A stretch of DNA of 63,994 nt, filler included, from Octopus bimaculoides (Eukaryota): assembly GCF_001194135.2 (NCBI RefSeq). It is 5 parts of 5 records of this genome, joined end to end, with 100 filler letters (N's around TTAATTAATTAA, not from the genome) between each part and the next. Parts side by side here need not be neighbours in the genome. Positions count along the whole stretch, not along the records: positions 24,316 to 34,855 come from NC_068983.1; positions 34,956 to 45,958 come from NC_069003.1; 3 more parts are not named here. One strand, given 5' to 3'. The position numbers were made by a program, and so were the translations under genes. This document shows positions 27,030 through 40,269 of the stretch, piece after piece. How positions within the stretch are numbered: the stretch's first letter is position 1; each line of letters opens with the position of its first letter. The notes beneath the pieces were generated by a model. The model worked only from the letters and a program-made list of their open reading frames with translations. It made no database searches and was not told where the DNA came from.

Positions 27030-27270
27030 CCGTGTGCAGGGAAATTTGTCCACACACAATTCGCCGACAGACAATTCAGTGATGGAACAGTTGGCTGATT
27101 GGACAATAAGTCGACATGCGGAAGTATCGATCATGGAGTTCATCAAAACGGAACGAAGAAGCAGAAAGCTTCCATAGAAAGGGTACGCTTATATTGTTGA
27201 TAGAACCAATCAGTCAATTGACCTGTCTGTAATTTGTCTGTCGACGAATTGTCCGTCTGACAATACGCGC
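27030..27270 (+). mobile_element. MULE-derived non-autonomous element (MITE)
   Basis: Inverted repeats caattcgccgacagacaatt (27057-27076) / aatttgtctgtcgacgaattg (27231-27251). The internal MEFIKTERRSRKLP*KGYAYIVDR resembles the start of a FLYWCH domain. Confidence 0.55.
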
Positions 27271-27285
27271 ACACTCACATGTGTA

Positions 27286-27331
<46 letters not shown>

Positions 27332-27529
27332 AGAATTTACGAAAAAAACAACAGACGAAGACAGGTGGTGTAGAAAACAAACAGATGTATTAGTATAACA
27401 CCCAGGAATAGAGAAAGTCTTTATCGTTTCGAGCCTACGCCCTTCAACTGAAAGGAACAAAGAAAGAAACAAGGAGAGAAACAAAAAGAGAAAAAAATAT
27501 AAATGTAGTGGTCAGCGATCAATCATGGC

Positions 27530-27570
<41 letters not shown>

Positions 27571-28502
27571 TAGTCAGAACACGCACACACAAACATACAC
27601 ACACAGATATATAATGTATACATAGTCGCACATATACACATGCGTATATGCGTGTGGGTGTTTGTCTGAGATTGTTTGTGAACGTATATATAAACACTGA
27701 AAATAAGAGAGATAATTAACGAACGAATCATATAAATTGTAAAGGAAATAATATCTTGTATAGAGAAGTAAGAAAGTTTGAAATATAAGTATGATATATG
27801 GGTTTATCGATATTTGTCACTCGTTTTTACTGTCGACGTATAATAAATATCGACAAATGACCTAAGTTATTATCATAAACAACAATGTTGTACGTATAAG
27901 ACTTTAATCGGCTAAAAGTCTAAAAACTTCGGTAAATGTTAGGCATCTCATAGTGCTGCTTGCCGAGTAAAAGAAATGTAGAACACGTAATAAAACATTT
28001 AAATGTAAAATATTTATATATATACTCATCGAGGGGATATTCTTAGGCCATGAAAGAATGCTACTGCTCTTAGATCTGCTAGTGCTCTTAGACTGCTAAT
28101 GCTCTTAGATCTAGTTTATTGTGTAGGCTGTTGCTATGTCATAGAAGCTGTGATCAGAATTTGTGTCTAGCTTTAATGTCATGGGGGACAGACATGGTCG
28201 ATTGAACCTGACGTGGAGATGAAATAGATTGAATTATTGTTATTCCCATCGGCAGTGTGTGAGAGCGAGTGTTTTGGCTAGACACACGCAAACAAGCGAT
28301 AATAGTGGATATGTATTGACGATTCCTGATCAAGAATTAGCTGAATGCATAACGTGCATGATGGTTTATTCTAACTCCTAAGGCTACACATGTAACTTTA
28401 AACATTTATATATATATATATGTGTGTGTGTGTCTGTCTGTATGAATTATGTATGTATGTATCCATGCAGTTTTGTACGTTTTGTTTTATGTATGTCTCC
28501 TC

Positions 28503-28880
28503 ATGTGGAGGCGCAATTGACCAGTGGTTAGAGCAGTGGATTCGCGGTCATAGGATCACGGTTTCGATTCCCAGACCGGGCGTTGTGAGTGTTTATTGAG
28601 CGAAAGCACCTAAAGCTCCACGAGGCTCCGGCAGGGGATGGTGGCGAACCCTGCTGTACCCTTTCACCACAACTTTCTCTCACTCTTACTTCCTGTTTCT
28701 GTTGTGCCTGTAATTCAAAGGGCCAGACTTGTCACGCTGAATATCCCCGAAAACTACGTTAAGGGTACACGTGTTTGTGGAGTGCTCAGCCACTTGCACG
28801 TTAATTTCACGAGCAAGCTGTTCCGTTGATCGGATCAACTGGAACCCTCGACGTCGTAAGCGACGGAGTGCCAACAACAT
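28503..28880 (+). mobile_element. tRNA-derived SINE family C, full length; head fragment also at about 35093-35140
   Basis: gaggcgcaattgaccagtggttagagcagtgg (A-box-like) ... ggtttcgattcc (B-box-like) ... ends gagtgccaacaac. Confidence 0.8.
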
Positions 28881-31800
28881 GTCTCCTCATACATATAACT
28901 GCATATCTAGACATATTTATATATACTTAAATGATAAATTTCTGGAAAGTTTTACAGACTTTTACAGCTCCAGTGATGGATTGGATATGTAGTGTTCGAA
29001 TCAGCTTTCTCTTTTCTGGTTTTGAGAAGCATAATTTCTCAAGATTTGTATCTAGGCAGTGTGTTACGTATCCCAGAGCCCCAATAATTACAGCTATAAA
29101 CCTTAACTTGTAATCTGGATAGTGTAACTTCAGATTTCTCAAAAGTTCAGGGTAGGTATTGCCCTTTACTTTGATTTTCAGTTTCATATTAACATCCGCT
29201 GGGCAGCTGATTTCCACAACAGTACACACTTTCAATTCTGTATCGCAAATCATTATTTCAGCTCTATTGTGTTTACATTTTACTGAGGTTTTCACAGGGA
29301 CATTCCATAAGACCTCGTTTTTTTTTTGTGAGTGGCTATATCTTCCACCTTACTGAGGGTTCTTATTTCTTTGTTCTCGGAGTCATCCTTTCGACAGATC
29401 TCGTTATAGAGTGTTCTAGGTAGAACATCATATATCATCGGTAGATAATACCATGATGATATTTTTGGACAACTGCTTATGATATGAGTGATACCATCGC
29501 TGTTAACTCAACAGACTGCATCGGTTTTCACATTTTATTATTTTCCCTGCATATCTCTCTCTCAGTTGTGCATCAGGTATTTGGTTGATATGTCCTGTTC
29601 TAGATTGGAAACGCATACTTTTGAAGATGAGAAGTAGTAATCTGGCTGTTAGTCAATGATAGATTGCTTTGCTGATCAATGTCACTATTATCTCTGAGAT
29701 TTCTATTAAAATATCCATGCATGGATTTCTGCTCATATATATTTATCCACTCTTCTGATGATGCGTTGCGGAAGAGTCGTGCGACTTCTTTCAGCATGTA
29801 TTTAAGGTTATCAGATGTGGAATGCTGCTCATGGAGCTGCCTTCCAAGTCTTATGATGTTTTCAGCCTCATAGATGCAACTTTGTTCAAGGGATGCACTT
29901 CGACACTTGGTGATAAAATATGTTGCCGAACGGATATGATTAGACAATCAAAGGCATTTTGGATCGATGTTAAGCCTCTACTATGTCGTCTTAGTTTTTG
30001 ATAGATGCGGTCCAATTCACTATTAATGTGGAAATCATGTGCTTGTTAGCAGTTTCCGGGTTCTCACATCAGTGGCTCGGATCTCATCAAGTGTTCAATC
30101 AAGCAGCCCAAATGTTGGTATAAGTATTGACACTGCAAACACATTGTGAGCCACTTTTTTTTATTGAATATAGCGTGTTCTGAGGTCCAAATTTTCTTTA
30201 TTCAGCTGTAATATTCTTTAGTAAAACATGTTTTGTCACAGCTGCCATTGTAAGATGTGATTTGTTCACCCCTAAATACCTGTAACATTCTTCATCAGAG
30301 ATAGCAGAAACAGTTTAACCATTGATGAAGATGTTGCTAGTCTGGTCTATACTTTCCACCCTATTCACAACCATATTACAACATTGGACCAAACTCCAAC
30401 CTTAAATCCTTAGAGAATTTTGTAACCAAGTCAAGGCTCTTTTAAATTTCGTCCACATTTGTTGCATAATGTTTCAAGTCACCCACACAGAAGTGGTGTG
30501 CAATTTTGGTATTTCTGTTTCCTTGTGAAACAGTGAGAAATCCTTCAGACTTCCTAAACATGAATGACAACAGGTTTACAAAGTGTATAAACAATATCAC
30601 AGAGAGGCTGTCCTCTTGGAATATGCCTCTGCTATACTGTATTCTATCAGTAATAACACAGTTAACCTTCGTGTTTAATCTCTAGATGGTGGCTCACAAT
30701 GAAATCAAGTCAGCTATGGCTTTGACTATGCTCACTGGAACTTTAGCATGTTGAAGTGCTTCTAGCATCCATGAGTGGGGAACAGAGTCAAAGACTTTCT
30801 TGTAGCCTAGCCACATTGAAACTAGGTTCCTCCTATGCTCTCGCACCTCTGACATCACAGATTTGCTGATTAACAATTGCTCGGCACATCTTCAGGCTTC
30901 CAGCAGATTGTTCTACTGTGACGATGTTGCTGGCTTCACAATGATCTTGGAGGAAGAGATTTAAGCATGCTGTATATAATTTCTGGCATGCAACTGACCG
31001 GTAGTTTTTTTGCCATATGGGTATCAATTTTGTCTCTGCCAGAGCGAAACAGTGTGGTGTGCTACCGTTCCCAATGAAACCTTGTCGGTACAGCTTGATA
31101 AAATATGTTCAGTAGAAGCTTCTTGTATCATACCAATATCTAACAATCAAGTCTCTTCCAGGTGCTTTCCATTTTCAAGTTTCTGGATCACAGTTACAAG
31201 AGCATCGCAAAAGAAATTCTGCATGTCCTGGGTGTAATGCAGGGACAATCCTTTCTTCAGATTTAATCCAGCCACAGAGCATCCTGGTTGAACTCCTCTT
31301 TACTCCAGATTTTCCTCTAGAAGGATTCGACGTCTTCATGTGAAGAAACCTCCGTGATGTTCACTGTTTCTCCTCTCATGTCTCTGTACACTGCTGCCTG
31401 GTTCCGATCAATTTTTTGTTCATTGTTTCTCTCTCTGTTATTCTCTTCTGGTGTCGGAGTTTTTTCACTGACAGATTTTAGCTCCTATTTGAGGGTAATC
31501 AGTTTGCAATTGAGTGTCCTGCTTTTGCTATCTCCAAACATTCATTCTATCCCCTTCTTCATTTTTGTTGGTGAGACTTATAGTGATTTTCTTGTTTACA
31601 CTCAATAAGCATCATCACACTCTATAGGCATCAACTTCTGTAAATCAGCAATACTTTTCGCTGTCTTCAAAACCCATGATGGTACATTGTTGTTTCGGTT
31701 TTGTTCACTTTTAAAATGTCATTCATATATTGCTTTGCAGTAGTAGACAGAGCATATAGACAGGAGTTAATTTTTCCAGAATGTGGGTTCATTACACCTC

Positions 31801-31976
31801 TGTAAATATTCAAGACCAATTTCGTTAACAGCTCTCAATACCGGATCTGGTGGTATTTTACTTACTTTGGTAGAGAATACTCTCTCTCCAACAGAGCACT
31901 TCAAAGTCAAAGTAAATTTTTCTCGGAAAATTTCAGTAAGGTCACATTTCACCGGTATATAATCCTCACTACTGCA

Positions 31977-32008
<32 letters not shown>

Positions 32009-32600
32009 AATAATCGTTGCATTTGTGCCTGCTATTTACCCTAATCGTAGTAGGGGGCAGTGATCAGTTACTCTAGCTAGTAATGTAGTTTGGCCGGCAG
32101 GCGCTATGGAATCTATTGAAATGTCGTTAACTGCGAAACCACGTGGTGCTGTCTCGTCATTCAGATTTTCGTTTTCGTTTATAATGTTGGGAACAAGGTT
32201 AATTTCAGATTTTTGAATAAAGTTGCAGTCTTCCAATGTTCCACAAATGTTGCATGTTGGTGTAATTGCTTCGCAGTAAAATGATTTAATTCTGGACGCA
32301 GATCGTCCTAATATAATTTCAATCGATTCATATAGCCAACAGTGGGTTTCTTTTTTTTTTCTTTTTTTTTACTTTTTTTGTAGCAGTTAAATAGATCAGT
32401 ATTCAATTCATAACTCCAAGTGAAATGAATTTTGTAATTACGCTTTCTTCCATAACTACAGCTAGAAAGAATCTGTTTACCTGTTCAGTTGTTGATTTCG
32501 TTCTGTTCCTCGTTTGTGTTGTTGTTGAAGTTCTGGTCAACCATGTTGCTTGTAGTAACTCTCTGCATGCTAAATTCAAGTTTCAGTTGAAATTCACTGC
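28880..32600 (-). mobile_element. Near full-length, decayed R4/Dong-clade non-LTR retrotransposon (RT + CCHC + restriction-like endonuclease)
   Basis: Minus-strand fragments occur in the expected order. N-terminus: FTWSYELNTDLFNCYKK...GYMNRLK...ELNHFTAKQL. RT: NYRSVAC, LVSMWLGYKKVFDSVPHSW, RGIFQEDSLS, HHFCVGDLKHY (about 30461-30505). Zinc finger: ITHIISSCPK..YYLP. RLE: CTVVEISCPADVN...VIIGALG...VCKTFQKFII* (stop at 28927). Confidence 0.92.
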
Positions 32601-32655
32601 AATCGTGAATAAAAGGTTTCCTCGTTTAATTCATATGTATGATTGTGCATATATG

Positions 32656-32686
<31 letters not shown>

Positions 32687-33395
32687 NNNNNNNNNNNNNN
32701 NNNNNNNNNNNNNNNNNNNNNNNNNNNNNNNNNNNNNNNNNNNNNNNNNNNNNNNNNNNNNNNNNNNNNNNNNNNNNNNNNNNNNNNNNNNNNNNNNNNN
32801 NNNNNNNNNNNNNNNNNNNNNNNNNNNNNNNNNNNNNNNNNNNNNNNNNNNNNNNNNNNNNNNNNNNNNNNNNNNNNNNNNNNNNNNNNNNNNNNNNNNN
32901 NNNNNNNNNNNNNNNNNNNNNNNNNNNNNNNNNNNNNNNNNNNNNNNNNNNNNNNNNNNNNNNNNNNNNNNNNNNNNNNNNNNNNNNNNNNNNNNNNNNN
33001 NNNNNNNNNNNNNNNNNNNNNNNNNNNNNNNNNNNNNNNNNNNNNNNNNNNNNNNNNNNNNNNNNNNNNNNNNNNNNNNNNNNNNNNNNNNNNNNNNNNN
33101 NNNNNNNNNNNNNNNNNNNNNNNNNNNNNNNNNNNNNNNNNNNNNNNNNNNNNNNNNNNNNNNNNNNNNNNNNNNNNNNNNNNNNNNNNNNNNNNNNNNN
33201 NNNNNNNNNNNNNNNNNNNNNNNNNNNNNNNNNNNNNNNNNNNNNNNNNNNNNNNNNNNNNNNNNNNNNNNNNNNNNNNNNNNNNNNNNNNNNNNNNNNN
33301 NNNNNNNNNNNNNNNNNNNNNNNNNNNNNNNNNNNNNNNNNNNNNNNNNNNNNNNNNNNNNNNNNNNNNNNNNNNNNNNNNNNNNNNNNNNNNNN

Positions 33396-34535
33396 AATAG
33401 AGTTATTAATAAAACCAGTGGATAGATTCCACTGAAATTAGATAAATAACCTTCGAACAGATGAAACTCTCAAAGCGCGATATTCGAGCAATTCTGCTAT
33501 TCAACTTCAAAAAGGGACGTAAATCAGCTGAAACTTGTCGCGATATCAAGGAAACGTTTGGTGAAGAGATGGCCTATGTGGTGGTTAAATCGAAAATGGT
33601 ATAAACAATTTCCCAGTGGAGATCTGAGCCTTGAAGATCGTGAGCGTATTCGACGCCCATCTGTCCTTGATGACGGTCAATTAAAGACCGTCATTGAGAA
33701 AGATGGACACGAGAACATGCAAAACAAAATGCACTTCAAGGTTGCTTGAAAACTGCCTGCAACCATTTGTATGCGATCGGAAAATAAAAAATAAGCTCGA
33801 CAAATGGGTACTACATGATTTAAATGAAAATCAGGACATGCGCAGATAAGAAATTTATTCGTTGCTTCTGCTCCGTAATTAGTCCGATCCATTTCTGGAC
33901 CGTATTGTAACTTGCGATGAAAATCGGATTCTGTACAATACTAAAAAAACGTATGGTTGTACCAAAATGTAGCACCGAAAATCTTCCCTAATCCTGAGCT
34001 CTCCATAAAGAAAGTTATGGTGTCTGTGTGATGGTGTACTGCTGAACTCATCCACTATAACTTCTTAAAACCCGGAAAAACCTTTACTGCAGAGAAACTT
34101 TGCCATGAAATTGCCACAATGAACGCAAAACTGCTACTCCTCCGTCCAAGACTGATCAACAGAAGAGGGCCAATCATTCTTCATGACAATGCTTGAGCAC
34201 ATGTGTCACTAATGACGCCCCAGAAGTTAAGGGAATTTGGCAACCAATTTCTTCCAGTTCTTCCCTATCCAAACCTTTTCCTACCTGCTACCACTTTTTG
34301 AAGCACCTCGATGGTTTCCAGCAAGAGAAAGAGTTCAAACCGATGCTGAAAATAAGTTCATCGGCTCCAGAACTCCAGATTTTTATGCTAGCGGAATAAA
34401 CATACTTGTAATTCTTTGGCAAAAATGTGTTGATTGTAATAGTAATTACTTTGATGAATAAAACTTTCGCATTTTTTAAATATATTGTGATGACTTTCAT
34501 GTTAAAAAACGTTGCTTAGTTTTTACTCAGCCTGA
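33396..34535 (+). mobile_element. Mariner (Mos1-like DD34D), near full-length degenerate transposase; left TIR lost in the gap
   Basis: MKLSKRDIRAILLFNFKKGRKSAETCRDIKETFGEE (ATG 33461), then KWVLHDL, FLDRIVTCDE, LHDNA and GINILVILWQKCVDCNSNYFDE*. TIR aaaacgttgcttagtttttactcagcctga|TA. Confidence 0.92.
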
Positions 34536-35638
34536 TATAAATATATACGCGTATGTCTGTATCTATTTGAGCATTCGTTTCGATCAACACCGATCTTTGT
34601 TTCATCATTGTATTTTTCAGGTTCAGCCAAAGAAAAAGAGGTGTAAGGAAGAGAGGAAGAGAGGGATAGAATATGTACCACACATACAGATAAATCTATA
34701 TGTCTGACTAAACCCTTCAAAGGCTTACATCAGTACGGCTACAAGAGATAAAAATACTTATGTATTCATGTATGTGCATGCGTCTCTACAGACATGCATG
34801 TGTGTGTGTGTGTGTACGTGTGTGTGTGTATGTGTGTGTGTGTGTGTGTGTGTGTNNNNNNNNNNNNNNNNNNNNNNNNNNNNNNNNNNNNNNNNNNNNT
34901 TAATTAATTAANNNNNNNNNNNNNNNNNNNNNNNNNNNNNNNNNNNNNNNNNNNNTATATATAACCCCCAACCCCTAACTCTCTCACGTTATATATATAT
35001 ATATATATATATACCTACCTACCTACCTACCTACCTACCTACCTACCTACCTACTTACCTACCTACCTTCCTACCTACCTACCTACCTAGCCGAGGCGCA
35101 ATGGCCCAGTGGTTAGGGCAGCGGACTTGCGGTCGTATATATCGGAGACTGGAGTTCTAAGTAGAAATCGACGAAGTGGTCACGGTCGTAATGGGTTTAT
35201 CATTGGTCTACTAGAAAAGACCTTGCCAAGGGTTAAACAACAACAGCAACAACGATTGTAATTCGCTAAAATCAAAACCGACACCTAACGAAGCAAACTG
35301 CGGCCCGTATGGCTCACTATGTAAAGTTACCATGAACATTTTAGGATTGCGGCGCGCCTATTAATGATCTGTGCCTTACCTGTGCTATACTGTCTGTTGA
35401 TATGCTAGAAATAGCAACTAAATCTCTCAAATTACATCCTACTGTCTTAAAAAATGAGAGGACACATTTGATCATATAGTCCCAGAAATATTGAAATGGA
35501 TCGTTCTCGAATACCGTTGACTAAACGTCTATTTCATCGTAGTTGATTATAACAACTTTCTAGGTCTGGAGAGAGAAGCAATGGTCTTGGTTTTTGGAGT
35601 GTCAATGAGACCAAATTCGGAGCTAAACAACAAACAAC

Positions 35639-35680
<42 letters not shown>

Positions 35681-36069
35681 CTACAACAACAACAACAACA
35701 ACAACAATCACGACACAAAATCCGGCTCCGCTCTTTTTTGCCAAGAGAACCAAAGATATCAACAACACAAAACCGTTACACTCAGCAACAACAAATCTCC
35801 TTTCGTGTCAGCCACATCAAAGAACATCAAATGCAACCAACCATCGCTCTTTAACAGCTGCCTACACGAGAGAAAATAATCTACATAAGAAACCCAGCAA
35901 GATATTTGAAGAGTACGTTTCTGCTATTGCAGCAAGCGTCAATTTTCACACTTCACACCTCTGTAAGTACAACCATTTCTAAACATCCAGATATATCTAC
36001 TACACCGCAAAACATTCCCAGCAAGCACACTCACAGTCACAGCTCTAACGACATAAGCAAAACTTAAAA

Positions 36070-36743
36070 ACTAAGAAAGACGTAAAGCAGCGGAAACTGC
36101 TCGCGATATCAGCAAAACGTTTGGTGAGGAAATGATCAGTGATCTGACAGATCCATTTCAGATGATTGTAACAACGTTGAAAATAAATATCAATGTTAAT
36201 TTATTGATGCATTTGGGCAAGTCTATGTCTATATTATCAGACAATTTTACTCTTTTACTCTTTAACTTGTTTCAGTCATTTGACTGCAGCCATGCTGGAG
36301 CACCGCCTTTTTGTCGAGCAAATCGACCCCAGGACTTATTTTTTGGAAGCCTAGTACTTATTTTATCGGTCTTTTTTGCCGAACCGCTAAGTTACCGTGA
36401 CGTAAACACACCACCATCGGTTGTCAAGCGATGTTGGGGGGACAAACACAGACACACAAACACATACATGTATATACATATATACGACGGGCTTCTTTCA
36501 GTTTCCGTCTACCAAATCCACTCACAAGGCTTTGGTCGGCCCGAGGCTATAGTAGAAGACACTTGCCCAAGGTGCCACGCAGTGGGACTGAACCCAGAAC
36601 CATGTGGTTGGTAAGCAAGCTACTTACCACACAGCCACTCCTGCGCCTATGCAAAATATGTTTTAAAAAAATTCAAAACTCTGCAAAAATCCGGTACTAA
36701 TTCTTCATAGTTCAAAACGTTGCTTACTTTTTACTCAACCTGA
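36070..36743 (+). mobile_element. Internally deleted mariner of the same family as 33396-34535, interrupted by a SINE
   Basis: AETARDISKTFGEEM at about 36090-36135. The right TIR aaaacgttgcttactttttactcaacctga|TA nearly matches the 34535 end. Confidence 0.7.
36250..36648 (-). mobile_element. SINE family B, near-consensus copy
   Basis: Reverse complement of the copy at 55776, with high identity; the tail is (ttactct)n on +. Confidence 0.9.
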
Positions 36744-36879
36744 TAGTAAAGAAAGCAACACAATGCCCAGTCATAGAACATTGAGAAGTTCCGCATTTGG
36801 TCAAAAGAAAAAGCAATAATGGTGTATCATAATTCTTCGTTATTTTAATAGAAGGCCTAAGATTTTGAAGAAAGGAGAC

Positions 36880-37025
36880 GAGTCGGTTACTTGATTGGTA
36901 CTTTATTTTATCGACCACGAAAGTTGACCGCGGCGGGATTTCTACGCAGATCGTAAAGAGCTGGAAAATGTGCTGCCGCTAAGCATTTTTGTTTGACGCG
37001 CTAACGACTTTGCAAGCTTGCTGCC
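36880..37025 (-). mobile_element. SINE family A, partial
   Basis: ggtactttattttatcgacc...gccgctaagcattttt...gcgctaacgactttgcaagcttgctgcc. Confidence 0.6.
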
Positions 37026-37243
37026 TTACAATGGAGCGTCGTAATACGTTGGATCCATTATAGATAACGTCGCGTTGCGTCGAATTGCAATCGCTTCGCA
37101 ACACCAGCAGCAACAACACTGGTGCACATGGAAATACAAATACATCAAGGATCTGTCATGGACTGTGTTTCTTTTGCGTGGGAAACCCTCAGCCTGTTCG
37201 CAACAAACAAAAACCAACAACAACGACGACGAAGTGTGTATGT

Positions 37244-37284
<41 letters not shown>

Positions 37285-37499
37285 AGTGTATTTGTATATG
37301 TGCTCTTATGTGTATGAAACGAAGAATGTGTAGATGCAAACATATACAGATATATGTGTAAATATGTGTAAATATGTACTTGTATATCTTTCTATCCATA
37401 CTGATATTGTGTATAGTTATGTGTCTAAATATGCATGCGTGTATGTATGTATGTATGTATGTATGTATGTATGTATGTATGTATGTATGTGTCTGTCTG

Positions 37500-37532
<33 letters not shown>

Positions 37533-39099
37533 TTATCTCTCTCTCTCTCTATCTATCTATTTATCTATCTACATGCAACATGTATATATATATATATANN
37601 NNNNNNNNNNNNNNNNNNNNNNNNNNNNNNNNNNNNNNNNNNNNNNNNNNNNNNNNNNNNNNNNNNNNNNNNNNNNNNNNNNNNNNNNNNNNNNNNNNNN
37701 NNNNNNNNNNNNNNNNNNNNNNNNNNNNNNNNNNNNNNNNNNNNNNNNNNNNNNNNNNNNNNNNNNNNNNNNNNNNNNNNNNNNNNNNNNNNNNNNNNNN
37801 NNNNNNNNNNNNNNNNNNNNNNNNNNNNNNNNNNNNNNNATATATACGTGTACAGACACACACGCATACAGATACATACATACATACATACATACATACA
37901 TACATACATACATACATACAAACATATATGTGTATGCATATACACATATACATATATATGTAATTATAACAAGGGCTTGGTTTGCGCCTCACCACGCACT
38001 GAAAAATAGACGTCAAAAGACAATATTGCCACCATAAATAATCCGAAAAAAACACACTATGCGCTGACTACTTGGTAAAAATCATTTATGATTTTACCCT
38101 TCATTATTTATACGTATATATATGTATATGTATTTATACACACACACACATATGCAGATATATGTATACTTCCATCGTGTATAACAATGTCGCATAAACG
38201 GTGTGTTGTGTTTATCGGAAAAATACATCATCCTAATGCGAGAACCACGTCACTCAATAGAACAGCTGTAATTCTGAGCCATTGCAAATACAGGAAAAAA
38301 AAATTTCCATTTAGAAACAGGCCACTTGATGTTCAATTGCAGTGTTTCATCGATAATGGTCTTGTGTTGACCGTTGAGAAGTTAAGCCATAATACAATAA
38401 ATATCAATAAGATTTGAACTTTTTCCACCAGCATGAACACCAACACCAGCAGAATATATTAGAACACATTACCTGACCTTTACTAGACACTGAGAGTTAG
38501 ACAGTCATCTTATTTTTCAGTATTCATTCTCAGATAACCCCTCGTGTGAAACTCAGCGAAGTTATGGATGGAAGCATCGATTTCGCTCAAAAGATTCAGT
38601 TAATTATCTTTATCTGAACTTAATCACAACGTTCGCCCTTATATTGATCGCGGTTGCATAAACACTAGTACATGTCCACTTGAATTAAACTCCCTAGCCA
38701 GTACGATAGATACTAATGTACTGTGCCGTTCTAACATCTGTTTCATCTCGATCTTTTAAGTTACGCTTTAATAATCATATCCAAACATTTAGCAACCCTA
38801 ATACATATAACTAACCCTCGTTTCATATACGATTTGAAATATAAGAAATACAGTATCTTATACATTAGTAACAAAAGATCTTATAATTTATATACATCGG
38901 TGATCTTAGCTACTCTTATACATCAAAGGATCTACTCATAAGAAACCATATCAGACTTCTTGTTGCATAAATAAAACATTGAAAATAACATCCTTTATAA
39001 ACACAAGCTGTATCTCTTTTGACAATGTTCGTTTATAAGTTAACGTCTAACTCCGTTCCGTCTATTTTTGAATTATATATATATTCTTTTATTCTTTTA

Positions 39100-39488
39100 T
39101 TCTTTTATTCTTTTATTTGTTTCAGTCATTTGACTGCGGCCATGCTGGAGTACCGGCTTTAGTCGAACAAATCGATCCCAGGACTTATTCTTTGTAAGCC
39201 AAGTACTTATTCTATCGGTCTCTTTTGCCGGACCACTAAGTTACGGAGACGTAAACACACCAACATCGGTTGTCAAGCGATGGTGGTGGTGGTGGTGGAA
39301 AAAGAGACACACCAACATATACTTATATATATTTCCGACGGGCTTCTTTCAGTTTCCGTCTTCCAAATCCACTCACAAGGATTTGATCGGCACGAGGCTA
39401 TAGTAGAAGACACTTGCTCAAGGTGCTATGCAGTGGTACTGAACCCGGAACCATGTGGTCGGTAAGCAAGCAACTAACCACACAGCCA
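39100..39488 (-). mobile_element. SINE family B
   Basis: gtttcagtcatttgactgcggccatgctggag...ccaaatccactcacaagg...gaacccggaaccatgtgg...cacagcc, with a (ttttattc)n tail. Confidence 0.9.
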
Positions 39489-40122
39489 TAGTATATTTTC
39501 TATATATATATATCAACCGATCACAATGAAATCTTTTGCATTACATCTCACTCTTGGGAAACCTTTTAGTGGGAAAACATAGTTGGTGTATATTTACTAG
39601 CGTACAATCGACTTTATATGTATGTATTTATGTATGTATGTATGTATGTATAATTATGTACGTATGTACGTACGTACGAATGTATGCATGCATGTATGTA
39701 TGTTAGTATGTATGAATGTGTGTATGTAAGAATGTATGTATGGATGTATGTATGAGTATGTATGTTTGTATGCATGTGTGTATGTATGTGTGTGTGCATG
39801 CATGTGTCTATGTGTGTATGTATGTATTTATGTACGTATGTGTGTGTATGTATGTATGTATGTATGTATGTGTGTATGTATGTGTGTGTATGTGTGTATT
39901 TATGTATGTAAATATGTATGCATGCATGTATGTATGTATGTATGTATGTATGGTTGGATGGATGTGTGTATGTATGTATGTAAGCAAGTATGTATGTATG
40001 TGTATGTAGGCGTGTGTGTGTATGTATGCGTGTGTGTGTGTGTATCCAGGTATGTGTGTAAATATATATGTATGCTGATACATTTATATATGTTATATGA
40101 ATACATATACATACATACATAC

Positions 40123-40164
<42 letters not shown>

Positions 40165-40269
40165 AGAGACAAGGAGAGGAGAGAGGGGGGGGGGAGAAAA
40201 GGGGTGAAAGAGGATAGAGGGAAAAAAGAAGAACCGAGAGTGAGTCAGGTTTAATGGAGAAAAAAGCCG

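Noticed and set aside
28503-28580. tRNA gene (also the other SINE heads)
   Set aside because: A/B-box-like motifs are present, but the heads continue into conserved SINE bodies and I could not fold a full cloverleaf.
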